Shown here: positions 13,009 to 26,525 of the stretch, in pieces
Position numbering within the stretch: the first letter of the stretch is position 1
Layout: the number at the start of each line of letters is the position of its first letter
DNA from: Octopus vulgaris
Taxonomy: Eukaryota
Assembly: GCA_951406725.2 (NCBI GenBank)
Contig: OX597818.1
Location: forward strand, 95,480,001-95,544,000
Length of the DNA stretch: 64,000 nucleotides
Direction of reading: 5' to 3'
The notes under the pieces: model-generated
The model's database searches: none
What the model saw: the letters and a program-made list of their open reading frames with translations, nothing else
Told to the model about the DNA's origin: nothing
Position numbers and translations under genes: made by a program

Positions 13009-13483
13009 TAATTGCAATTATATTATATAATTTCATCTTCCTACATTATTCAGTTTAACCCTTTGGTATTAAGATTTCTCAGTCAAATGTAATATCATTT
13101 ATTCACATTGTTTAGAATTAGTCATGCATTATCGCAGACCTTCAATACTTCAATAATGTAATAGATTATTTTTAGAATGACATTGTAGTGTAGGTGTGGA
13201 AAACTGGATCTAGCTGGTGAGAACATAAAACAAATAGAACATTTGAGCAGGATATAGCTACTTTAAGTGCTAATGGGTTAGATCATGCTGAAGTTGACTT
13301 AGTTATTTGATCTGTTCCACTAGACAAAATAACCAATTGAGTATTGAATTCAATTTTACTCTTGTAAAAGAAAAGGTGTATCAGACTCTTTTGACTCCAT
13401 GGTGTATACGCCAGTATAAAGGATAAAGGTGTACCAATTTGATGTTATAGAAAGGCAAATAGAAAGACAAAAATATACCATAC

Positions 13484-13683
13484 CTGTGATATACTCCAAT
13501 ACAAAGCCATATCCTGGTCGCCAAGTACCATTAATAACATATCGTACAATCACGTGGTCCCTTTGAGATATGTAAGTGTTTGCTCCATTCCCACAGAATC
13601 TCTTGTGTGGTAATGGGTCAAATTCTAGGTAAGCATTTTCACACGGCTCATTTTTACTGGAACTGGTATTCAGATATAATAAA
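13484..13683 (-). CDS. LRP12: LRP12-like gene, CUB domain C-terminal half
   Basis: Acceptor ttttgcacttccAG, donor GTATGG, 200 bp, phase 2-1, complementing the previous exon. Translates LLYLNTSSSKNEPCENAYLEFDPLPHKRFCGNGANTYISQRDHVIVRYVINGTWRPGYGFVLEYIT. Confidence 0.9.
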
Positions 13684-13904
13684 CTGGAAGTGCAAAAAGT
13701 TGAGAAATATTTCAAAATTCAGTTGATAAATAAATATAAATAAAAAGGAACCAGAAGAAACACATTAACAAGATTACATAAAAATGTACAATATGCTCCA
13801 GAAGAGAAGCAAATTTTTATGATCTACATTTGATGAATTTAATTACAAACTTATTTTAACTGCTCAACCATATATCTTGACTTACCAACTATATTCTTAA
13901 CAGA

Positions 13905-14075
13905 CACAGCTGTGGCTGTGTGTAAGAAGCTTACTTCTTCTCAACTATATGGTTCTGGGTTCAGTCCCACTTCATGGCACCTTGGGCAAGTGACATCTAC
14001 TTTAGCCTCAGGATGACCAAAACCTTGTGAGTGTATTTACTAGATGGAAACTGAAAGAAGTCTGTCATGTGTATT
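13905..14075 (+). mobile_element. tRNA-derived SINE (abundant family)
   Basis: gtggctgtgtg-taagaagctt...ggttcagtcccac...ccttgggcaagtg...ggaaactgaaagaag. At least ten copies, e.g. about 1170-1330(-), 3760-3910(-), 11780-11950(+), 22555-22885(+), 24625-24780(-), 34360-34500(+), 44870-45030(+), 53341-53660(-), 57850-57990(-), 58075-58235(+). Confidence 0.85.
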
Positions 14076-14162
14076 CATGTGTGTGTATGTATGAAGTCAG
14101 AACGCCATGATGGACCGTTAGCTCCTACACGCATTTTTTTCTCTCCTTGTTTCTTTTCTGTG

Positions 14163-14204
14163 TATCTTTCTGTCGAAGAGCGTAGGCTCGAAACGTAAAA
14201 GACT
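14163..14204 (+). ncRNA. Candidate minimal type I hammerhead ribozyme variant in a Penelope pLTR-like repeat
   Basis: tatcttt-CTGTCGAAGA-G-cgtagg-CTC-GAAAC-GTA-aaagac: short stem II, GAAA, palindromic ACGT stem III, stem I cttt/aaag. The core is non-canonical. Confidence 0.4.
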
Positions 14205-14472
14205 TGTTCTATTTCTATTCTTGAGCGCCATACCAATACATTTGTTTGTTTGTACTCCACCTGCCTTCGTCTTTTGTTTATTTTCGTAAACCTTCCCATT
14301 ATATGTATATATATATATCATCATCATTTAGCGTCCGCTTTCCATGCTAGCATGGGTTGGACGGGTCAACTGGGGTCTGGGAAGCTGGAAGGCTTCGTCA
14401 GGCCCAGTCAGATCTGGCAGTGTTTCTACGGTTGGATGCCCTCCCTAACGCCAACCACTCCGCGAGTGTAGT

Positions 14473-15751
<1,279 letters not shown>

Positions 15752-16256
15752 TACTTTGATACTTACTTTGATAGGTTTCGGCCATTATTGGCCCAGGCCA
15801 TGTCTAACTTAATAGCACCACCTGGTGAAGTCTTTCAAGTCAGAATTTGGGCACTATGGCCCACTCAAGTAGAGAGTTATTGTTTACAGAGACATATCCG
15901 GGTGTAGGGGGTTTATCCGGGATTTCTTGAAGGAATCTGTCCAAAGACTTCTTGAACCCTATAGGGTCAGTTTCTGTTTTAATGTGTTTTGGTGTAATGT
16001 TAAAGAGAGCGGGGCCAATTGAGGTGAAATAATTGTGCCGTATTGTTGTTATGAGATGAGAGTGCGATTTTTGTTTTGGGCGGATGGCACGGGGCCCAAG
16101 CCTTGGATGTACCTTAAAGGTGATGCCAACATCATTTGGGCAATGCTGATGGAATATTTTCCACATCATGCAGATGATGTAGCGCTCACGACGACGTTGG
16201 AGAGAATAGAGTTTTAGCTTTTCTAGTCGACCCCAATAGTCGAGGCCTGTCATGCC
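15752..16256 (-). mobile_element. 3' end of a CR1-group LINE (ORF2 C-terminus, 3' UTR, short repeat tail)
   Basis: [25 protein letters not shown]...[16 protein letters not shown]...NNNSL, stop at 15840. Tail tatcaaagta(ag) occurs twice. Confidence 0.9.
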
Positions 16257-16352
16257 ATATATATATATACATATATATATATACATATATATATATACAT
16301 ATATATATATACATATATATATACATACATATATATATACATATATATATAC

Positions 16353-16403
<51 letters not shown>

Positions 16404-16404
16404 C

Positions 16405-16435
<31 letters not shown>

Positions 16436-16505
16436 ATATATATATATACATATATATATACATATATATATATATACACATATATATATATACACATATA
16501 TATAT

Positions 16506-16548
<43 letters not shown>

Positions 16549-16587
16549 CACATATATATATATACACATATATATATATATATATAT
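16257..16587. repeat. (TA)n/(TACA) microsatellite block
   Basis: Directly visible. Confidence 0.98.
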
Positions 16588-18513
16588 AAAACAAACCCTA
16601 AAGCCGTCTTTAAATTTGCGAAAGAAACCACCTCGGTACACTGCAAGATTGGCCCACTCTTTGATAAAAAGGGCTCTCTAACTGAGGACCCCCAAGGGAT
16701 AAGTGAAATACTAAAGGAACAGTATAAAAGTGTGTTCACATCCCCTCTGGGGCACATGCAAATCACAAACCCAGAAGTTTTCTTTGATGCCACAACACTC
16801 CAAAACCAAACAACAACCATCGACCACATAGACATAACAGAGAGGGATGTAATATCTGCCATAGAAGAAATGAGAATAAACTCAGCTGCTGGACCAGATG
16901 GATTCCCAGCAGTCCTCCTAAAAACATGCAGGCATGCCCTAGCGGGACCACTGAAGAAGCTCTTCAGTGGTTCCTTGGCTAACGGTAAACTGCCCAGGGC
17001 GCTAAAAGAAGGCACCATATGCCCTATCCACAAAGGAGGGAGTAGAGCAGAGGCCAAAAACTACAGGCCAGTCTCCCTGATGTCACACATAAGTAAGGTC
17101 ATGGAACGAATCATCAGAAAAAAACTGATCACGTTCCTCGAAGAAACTAACCGTCTCACTGACACACAGCATGGCTTTCGCCCAGGAAGAAGCTGCCTTA
17201 CGCAGCTGTTACAACACTACGACTGGGTACTGAAACAACTACTGGATCGCTCACAGGTGGATGTGGTATATCTCGACTTTGCGAAGGCCTTTGACAAAGT
17301 CGACCACGAAGTGATATGTCACAAATTACTCAAACTCGGCATAACAGGAAAAGTAGGTGAGTGGATACATGACTTCCTGAAGGACAGAAGCCAGATGGTT
17401 GCAGCCAATGGAGCCCTCTCGGGAAAGACACCAATAGCAAGCGGGGTGCCACAGGGCACAGTCTTGGGACCCTTGCTGTTTTTGGTGGCGCTCTCTGACA
17501 TGCCATTGGTAGCACAAACAACATCCCTCACTAGCTATGCTGATGACACAAAGGTAGCACAGGCAATCAAAAACCCAGCTGATGCTGACCTTTTACAACA
17601 AGATCTGGATGCCATATACAAATGGGCTGAAGACAACAACATGCAATTTAATGCTGGTAAATTTCAAGCCTTACAATATCAAGCTGTAAACACATATACA
17701 TTACAACACAACTATACTGGTCCAGGAGGGATCGAAATCCCAGTATCGAAATCAATACGGGACCTGGGGATAGACATGAGTGACGATGCATCTTTTTCTT
17801 CACACATCGCGAAGGTGGCGACAATGTGCAGACGACTCACTGGCTGGATCCTGAGGACATTACGGACAAGAGACTGCGAGACCATGTTGACACTATGGAG
17901 GACATTTGTCCTAAGCCGCCTGGACTACTGCTCCCAACTGTGGTCACCGCATAGTGTCAAACTAACCACAGAGCTTGAGACAATCCAAAGACATTTCACC
18001 AAGAGGATTTCCACCATGAAAGAAAAGAACTATTGGGAGAGGCTTAGGGAACTCAATTTGTACTCCTTGGAACGAAGACGAGAGATATGCAGTGATATAC
18101 ATATGGAAAATCCTGGAGGGACTAGCACCAAATTTTGGAATTGAGAGCTGTTCCAATCCCCGTACAGGTCGTCACTGTGTGGTGCCAAAGGTCCCGTCTT
18201 CCACATCCAGGGTAAGGAGCAGATACTGTAATAGCCTGGGGTTCAGGGGCCCTCAGCTGTTCAACAAACTGCCAAGAAAACTAAGAGATCTACATGATGC
18301 GGATGTGGACATTTTCAAAAAACATCTAGACAAGCTGCTTTCCGGGATCCCAGATGAACCCACTGCAAGGTACGAAGGTAACCTAAGGGCAGCAGCTACA
18401 AACTCTCTCTTAGATCAGTGGCCAGCCACGGCAAACTGGACTTAGAGAGGGTAGCAACAAGGGCGGTGCCCCAGCATGGCCTCAGCCGGATGACTGAAAC
18501 AAGTAAAAGAGTA
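16588..18513 (+). mobile_element. 5'-truncated CR1-group LINE with a near-intact reverse transcriptase ORF2
   Basis: [61 protein letters not shown]. One apparent 2-bp frameshift in a GA run near 18083; stop at 18445; 3' UTR to 18513. Confidence 0.96.
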
Positions 18514-19319
<806 letters not shown>

Positions 19320-21178
19320 CCAAATGACCTCAAATTGAGACCTATAATAGCAGGTCCCGCTTGCGAAACCCACCGCCTTAGCAACTTAATTGATACCCTT
19401 CTCAAGCCCTTCCTCAAACACATTAAAAGCTACGTAAGGGACGATCTAGATATGCTCAACCACCTCCCCAATACACTTCTTGCTGAACAAACCCTGCTAG
19501 TAACATTCGATGTAGTTAATCTTTACTCCAACATCCCCCACAACCTAGGAATAGAAGCTATCCAATTCTGGCTGGATAATTACTCCAACGAACTCCCACA
19601 CCGCATCAAAAAGGAATTTATTTTAGAAGGACTCAAATTCATCTTAGAGAATAATTTCTTCACCTTCAACAACAAATTCTACAGACAGAAATCAGGGACG
19701 GCAATGGGAACGAAAACAGCTCCCACTTACGCCAACCTAGTCATGGGATACCTGGAAATCACCCTCTATAATAACGTTCTTAACCAATTTGGCACCACTC
19801 TCCACACACACATAGAGAAGAACTGGAAGAGATATCTTGATGACTGCTTCATCCTTTGGCCCGAAACCATTGAGAAGCTTAAAGAATTTCACACCCTTAT
19901 AAATGGGCTCAACACAAACATTATTTTCACAATGGAATACAGCCCTCAACAAATTCCCTTCCTTGACATCCTCATTAAAATTCACAACAAAAAAATAGAA
20001 ACAGACATATACTACAAGCCCACAGACTCCAAGCAATACCTCCCTTTCAATTCATGCCACCCTAGACACGTTAAAATTAACATTCCCTACAACTTAGCCA
20101 AGAGAATTTGCACTATAGTCTCCAATAAAAACACCCGTCTCTTACGTCTACAAGAACTTAAGGACACATTAACAAGCAGGGATTACCCCACGTCACTAAT
20201 TGACAATGGGATCCAACGTGCCCTAAAACTCAGCACACAGGAACTTAGACGCCCTAAACCTGTTACATCGAAACCCCATACTCTACCATACATCTCTACA
20301 CACAACCCCCTCAACAATGAAGCTTTTGACACCATCCTCCAGAACATTCCTGTATTAAAAAAGGACCATAGAATGAACCAAATCCTCCTAACACACGAAA
20401 TCATAAAGAGCAAAAGGCAACCCAAATCATTGAAAACCATCCTAACAAATGCCAAAGTACTGCCAACCACAACAACTAAACCCACAGTAAACAAATGCAA
20501 TAGACCCAACTGTGGTATATGCATCAACCTAATAGAAGGTCCGGAATTCCTTTTTAAACAAGGACAACGTTTCACAGTAAAACACAACTTCACATGCGCA
20601 TCAGAAAACCTAGTATATGTCTTAACTTGCTCGGGCTGTAATGAACACTACATAGGCCAAACTAAAAATAGCCTCCGCCAATGCATGACTGTCTACAGAT
20701 CCCAAATAAAAATACAGGAATACAGAAAAATAGCACTTAGTGCACATATTGATACCTGTGCCGCACAACTTCATCCCAATTTTAGAATCTTTCCCCTCTA
20801 CAAATTTAAAGACAATGCCACTCATACCCAGCGAATAACCATGGAATCCCACCTTATTAATAAATACAGACCACTTCTAAACACATTCCCCTAACACGAA
20901 CCCACAACAAACACACTTACACCTGCACACACCCTACACACACTTTTACCCAGATATTAACACCATGACACATGCAAATATATGGTTCCACACATACACA
21001 TAATTTGATACGGGTGCAAAACATCCTACACTATTTTTTGGAAATGACTGTAAATATTGACTTCACACAAACACGTTGCTTCCCGATACAGGCACAAGGC
21101 CAGCAGAACTATAAATATTGAAAATTGTACCCACACATGCACATATATATACATGCGCACGCGCCCCAACATACATAT

Positions 21179-21215
<37 letters not shown>

Positions 21216-21865
21216 TACATATAGCTCTTCCTGTCCTAAACGAACTTACTTATCCAGCTCAAATTCAGTCAAGCAGAAAATACACTCCTTAACTAAGTGC
21301 TAAAAAGCTATTTAAAATATCCACATGACATCTACTGACCAGCCTGAACAATAAGAATTTTCAACAATGCTATTTTCGAAAACTCCATACACCACCCACA
21401 GCAACATTCATTCTAAACATTCACATGACCTCTCTATTATGACCACATCCACGTGACCTCTTTATTATGACCAATAAGAAATTTTAGGTGCGACACTAGC
21501 CAAATTTTAACATCTCTGGAGCCTATTTTCTTACCCCAACACCAACTTCCATTCAAACATTCACGTGACCCCTTTATAATGACCAATCAAAATTGTATTG
21601 ACCATTGTCCACAAGAAATTTTAGGCGCGAAACCAAGCAAATCTTAAACAACTCTGGAGCCTCTTTTTTCACATATAAGAGACAGCAAACCCAACATAAA
21701 GTCAGATAAGAGAAAAAATCTATCAGAAAGGAACTCTATCTCTCTTAAAAAAATATCTTTTGATAAGCATAACAAATGCGCAACCAGTAAAAAGAACTTT
21801 CACCTAATTAAATACACTCTCCCTTACTTAAATTATTTTGTCAGCATTTTCTTCATTTCCTTTTT
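19320..21865 (+). mobile_element. Penelope-like element: open RT + Cys-linker + GIY-YIG frame (19335-20894), then 3' region/pLTR
   Basis: [59 protein letters not shown], CxxxxCxxC linker, [16 protein letters not shown]. 5' end is cut at a (TA)n block. Confidence 0.95.
21756..21795 (+). ncRNA. Degenerate minimal hammerhead ribozyme in the Penelope 3' pLTR region
   Basis: tctt-TTGATAA-GCAT-aacaa-ATGC-GCAA-CCAGTA-aaaaga compared with canonical CTGATGA-stemII-GAAA-CCGGTA. Stems are retained but the core is mutated. Confidence 0.45.
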
Positions 21866-23608
21866 TTACATATATATATATATACATACACATATACATA
21901 CATACATGTGTGTGTGTGTGTGTGTATGCTTCTATGTCTGTGTTTGTCACTCACCACTGCTTGACAACTTATGTCCCTGTAACTTAGCAGTTCAGCAAAA
22001 GAAACGGATAAAATAAGTATCAGGCTTAAAAATATTTAAAAAAATAAGCACTGAGGTCAATTTGTTCAGCTAAAAAATTTTTCATGGTGGTGCTCCAGCA
22101 TGACTACAGTTTAATGACTGAAACAAGCAATAAAAAAAATACCAAGCAGGAAGTTACTGGGGCATCAGTAAAGCTTATTCTTCAGGTAGTTGGTATTTAA
22201 GTGTATTTTAGGCTTAACTATGCATGGAGCTTAACTCCCTCCAAAATATACTTGAAGGATCTGAACTCAGTACTGCAAGTTAGCTAAAGATTTGTCAATA
22301 ACACAAGTCATCTTATACACCCCATAAATAGGAGGTTGTGGCCACCCACAGCCCCTGTTTACAGATAGATAAAATGAGCCACAAGTGTTAAGTATCATGG
22401 TTATAGGTATTGTTCAAAACCAGTGAAAGGGGATGATGAATTATTGACTCTCAGTTGAGCAGGCCAACAGCTTAACTACACAAGGAGATACAAGACAAAA
22501 TAAATATGGCATACATCAGGGTTTTGGTTTTTTTTTTACTAAACCCTGTCCTCAGATGTGGTTGTAAGTTAAGAAATTAGCTTTCCAAACACATGGTTCC
22601 AGGTTCAGTTCCACTGCATAGCACCTTAGGCTAGTGTCTTCTTCTATAGCCCCAGGCTGACCAAAGTCTTGTGAGTTGATTTGGTAGACAGAAACTGAAA
22701 AAGCATGTCGTGTGTGTGTGCCTGTCTATGTGCTTCAATCTCACTGCTTGACAACCATGGTTTGTTTACATCCTTATAATATAACAGTTCAACATAAGAG
22801 ACCAACAGAATAACATCTGATTAAAAACCTTTCAAAATAACACCCCAGCATGGCCACAGTTCAATGACTGAAACAAATAAAAAGAAAAATGGAAAAAGAG
22901 AGACCTTTCAGGCAGGTTATGGGAGAATATGAAATTTATCAATCAGTTTGATGTAAAAGAGAAGCTGATCAAGTAAAATATGCAAATGTTATTTTTAATT
23001 TTGGCCTTACCACTAATCAATGTTGACTTCAATTATTTGTTGTGGGTGTGTGCAGAAATTTGCTCCAACAAATTTTGTTGCAAAGTGTGTATGTACCTAC
23101 ACCAGTAACTATCACTTAAATGCCATACTGACGACCTTAACAAATGCACATCATTTTTAAATGCGTATTATAATTAAGATATTGTTACGTAATTTTAAAT
23201 GTCTATTAAATTTGATTTTTCACAAATAAAACAAATCATTATGCATTTATATATATATATTTAATGTTATTGATTTTTTATTTATGGCAACAATGACAAA
23301 TCTAACAAAAATATTTAATATTTATTTGATATTGATCTGGTTAGCAGAAAAAAATAATTAGAAAATGTTTTTGAAAAATGGTTTCGTCTTGAAAACCTTG
23401 TGTATTTATTCTTTTATTCGTCTCAGTCATGTGATTGTGGCCATGCTGGAGCACCACCTTTAGTCGAACAAATCGACCCCCAGGACTTATTCTTTGTAAG
23501 CCGAGTACTTATTTTATCATGCTCTTTTGCTGAACTGCTAAGTTATAGGGATGTAAACACACCAGCATCGGTTGTCAAGCGATGGTGGGGGGACAAACAC
23601 AGACACAT

Positions 23609-23775
23609 AGAAAAGGGACAGAGTGAAGTGAAAGAGGAGGGAAGGTGAGAATAAAGAGAAAGCCAGGAAATGTGAGAGAGGAGGAACAAAAGAAAGAAGA
23701 GTGGAAAGAACGAAGTGAGTGTGAAGAGGCTGATAGAAAGAAAGAAAGAATGAAAAAATACAAGAGTCATACAAA

Positions 23776-23845
<70 letters not shown>

Positions 23846-24006
23846 TTTGTACAACTCTCTTATTCTTTCATTCTTTCTTTCTGTCTGTCAGCCTCTTCAC
23901 TTCATTCTTTCCACTCTTCTTTTTTTTGTTCCTCCTCTCTCACATTTCCTGGCTTTCTCTTCATTCTCACCTTCCCTCCTCTTTCACTTCACTCTGTCCC
24001 TTTTCT
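23609..24006. repeat. Inverted repeat, arms about 170 bp around a (TA)n spacer
   Basis: 23609-23780 is the reverse complement of 23841-24006 with scattered mismatches. Confidence 0.95.
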
Positions 24007-24184
24007 TTTTTTCTCGTCCCTCCCTAATTCTTCTATCCCTCTGCCTCTACCTTTCTCCTCTCTCTCCATGTGACTAGTGTTCAGCCAAACCTGACCTTTC
24101 TTTCTTGGTTCGATTACCATCTATGCAACATCTATCTATATTCTTCCCCATGCCTGTCATCTCTTATGTCCCTGCTGTAAGGTT

Positions 24185-24470
24185 TCACTTCCACACATGC
24201 CAGCTTAATTTAATTCATCCTTAGTCGAAAGACACCTGTTGTTAATTTCCTGTTATTTGCATTTGTATTTGTGTACCATTTCTCTGTTTTTTTCCATCCT
24301 TGTTTTCGTATACATTCGCTGCTTTCTTCCAAGGAATCTAGTGCTCTTAGCTTAGTTTTTCCTTGGGGCTGGCCAGATTGAAGCAATCCCGAGTATAACC
24401 AGCCGAAATTGTAAAGATAATCTGGAACTTGACTGAGGAAAGAAAACTCCAAATGACTCGTCATTTTTTT
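24185..24470 (+). repeat. Interspersed repeat (possibly Penelope pLTR-derived); second copy in opposite orientation at about 53750-54020
   Basis: Shared ttcttccaaggaatcta.tgctcttagcttagtttttccttggggctggcca...ggaacttgactgaggaaagaaaactccaaatgac. Both copies lie next to TA microsatellites. Confidence 0.75.
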
Positions 24471-24571
24471 TCTTGCCCTTTTTTGTATCATGTCTGGATG
24501 CCTTGCATTCTTGTCCCATATTTTTTGTATTCCTTTTTATATACATATGGCGGCCTATGTACACCTTGGTC

Positions 24572-24620
<49 letters not shown>

Positions 24621-25133
24621 TATATATGATGGGCTTCTTTCAGTTTCTGTCTACCAAATCCACTCAAAGGCTTTGGTCAGCCCGAGGCTTTTGTAGAAGA
24701 CACTTGCCTAAGGTGCTACACAGTGGGACTGAACCTGGAACCATATGGTTGGTAAGCAAGCTACTTACCACACAGCCACTCCAGTACACATTTTTGTAAA
24801 ATGTGCACATGGGTGCAAGTGAACAGTTTAGAAGGAGCATTGCACTGTCACAAATGTTCTAAGCTTTAGAGCTTGGTCACTGTTTCAAGGGTTTTTAACA
24901 TAAAATGGTGAATAATAGCATAGCTGGTAATAGATTTCTACTGGACCAATAACTAATTCAATGCTTTTCTGATAGTATGAGTAAGAAGGGCATGTCTGTA
25001 ACTCAGTGCAGAACAAATACTGCAAGGGTACAATGCTTGTTAGACACCTGTTTTCAAAATATTTTGCCAATGTTTACACCTTTTGCATTAATGAAAATAA
25101 TTGTCATCACTATCATCATCATACACATGCACG

Positions 25134-25169
<36 letters not shown>

Positions 25170-26389
25170 TACACAGGCTTCTTTCAGTTTCTGTTTACCA
25201 ACTCCATTCTCAAGGCTTTGGTCAGCTCAAAGCTGTAGTGTCACACAGTGGTATTGAACCCAAAACCACATGGTTGGGAAGCACACAGCCTTGATTGTGC
25301 TTATGATACATATCATCATCATCATCATCGTTTAATATCCACCGTCCATGCTGGTATGGGTTGGACGGTTTGACAGGAGCCACCCAGGTAGAAGACTACA
25401 CCAAGCTACTGTGTCTGATTGGCATGGTTTTTACAGTTGGAAGCCCTTCCTAACACCAGCCATCCCGCAAAGTGGACTGAGTGTTTTTGTGGAATGGCTG
25501 GTGTTAGGAAGGGCATCTAACCATAAAAACCATGCCAAAACACACACACATACACATATATGATAGTCTACTACATAGTTTCTGTCTACCAAATTCCATT
25601 CACAAGGTATTGATTAATCTGAGGTTATGGCATGACGATATACAATGGGATTGAACTTGGAAACACATAGTCATGAAGTGAATTTCTTAACCACACAGCC
25701 ATACCTATTGAAAGAAACTCTATGACTATACTTACACTGTACAAAGTGAATAATAATGGAGAAACAAATTATCTACTGTCCAAGCCTCAGCAGTTTTGAA
25801 ATACACCTGTCTCAACTCTATATAATATCATACCTGTTATATCATTCCATCAAACAGTCACTAAAAACTTTGGCTTAATTCCTTTGTTTTCTCAGAACTG
25901 CAAATCTCTGGAACTCTACGTCTATCCAATTTTATTAGAAATCATGAAATTCAATTTCAACATTAGCTATATCTTTTTTGCTTGGTGGACCTTTAAGAGC
26001 TTGGAGCACTGCTTCATTTCCTAAGATTAAAGACTTATTTTAAAAAGAAACAGACAGACAGAGAAAGAGAGGAGCACCTTCATTAACCTGTGAAGCTGTG
26101 CTGTACATTAAATTGTGTTATAAAGTAGTTAGGAGAGGCAGGGCAGTGCCCATAACCTTTTATAGGCCCTCCCAGACAGACATGGCCAATGTGCAGCATT
26201 AATATCTACAGTCTGCAAGAAAAAAGTGGGTGAAGGAAACCTGGAGTCCAGCCTAGCCAAACGATTGTAAGAGTGAACATGGAAAAAAATGAATAAAACA
26301 ACACTTTGAACAAGACAGAATGACAGAGTTAAGCAACTAGAAAATGAACATCAACTGGTCAAGGAAGAAAGATATAAATTGCTGCTTAC

Positions 26390-26525
26390 TTTATTGTAAC
26401 TATTCCATTCTGGGGTGCCCGTATAAACCAAATGTATTCGCACAATTTCTTTTGAGGACCACTGGAGATTTTGGCAAATGATATGTTTCCAGTTCTATTT
26501 TGAAGGACCTCCTTTGATCCACAAT
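26390..26525 (-). CDS. LRP12: LRP12-like gene, CUB domain N-terminal half (not in the ORF track)
   Basis: Acceptor gtttttttcAG, donor GTAAGC, 136 bp, phase 1-2. Translates DCGSKEVLQNRTGNISFAKISSGPQKKLCEYIWFIRAPQNGIVTI; WFIRA matches LRP12 CUB1. Confidence 0.9.

Noticed and set aside
15840-18144. 405-aa and 630-aa ORFs appearing to fuse two LINEs through a repeat
   Set aside because: Read-through of a stop-free TA block between two opposite-strand elements; only 15840-16256(-) and 16588 onward (+) are homologous coding sequence.
24210-24491. Similar ORFs at 24210(-) and 53686(+) (HLEFSFLSQVPDYL...) suggesting paralogous genes
   Set aside because: Two copies of an interspersed repeat; no splice structure or protein motif.
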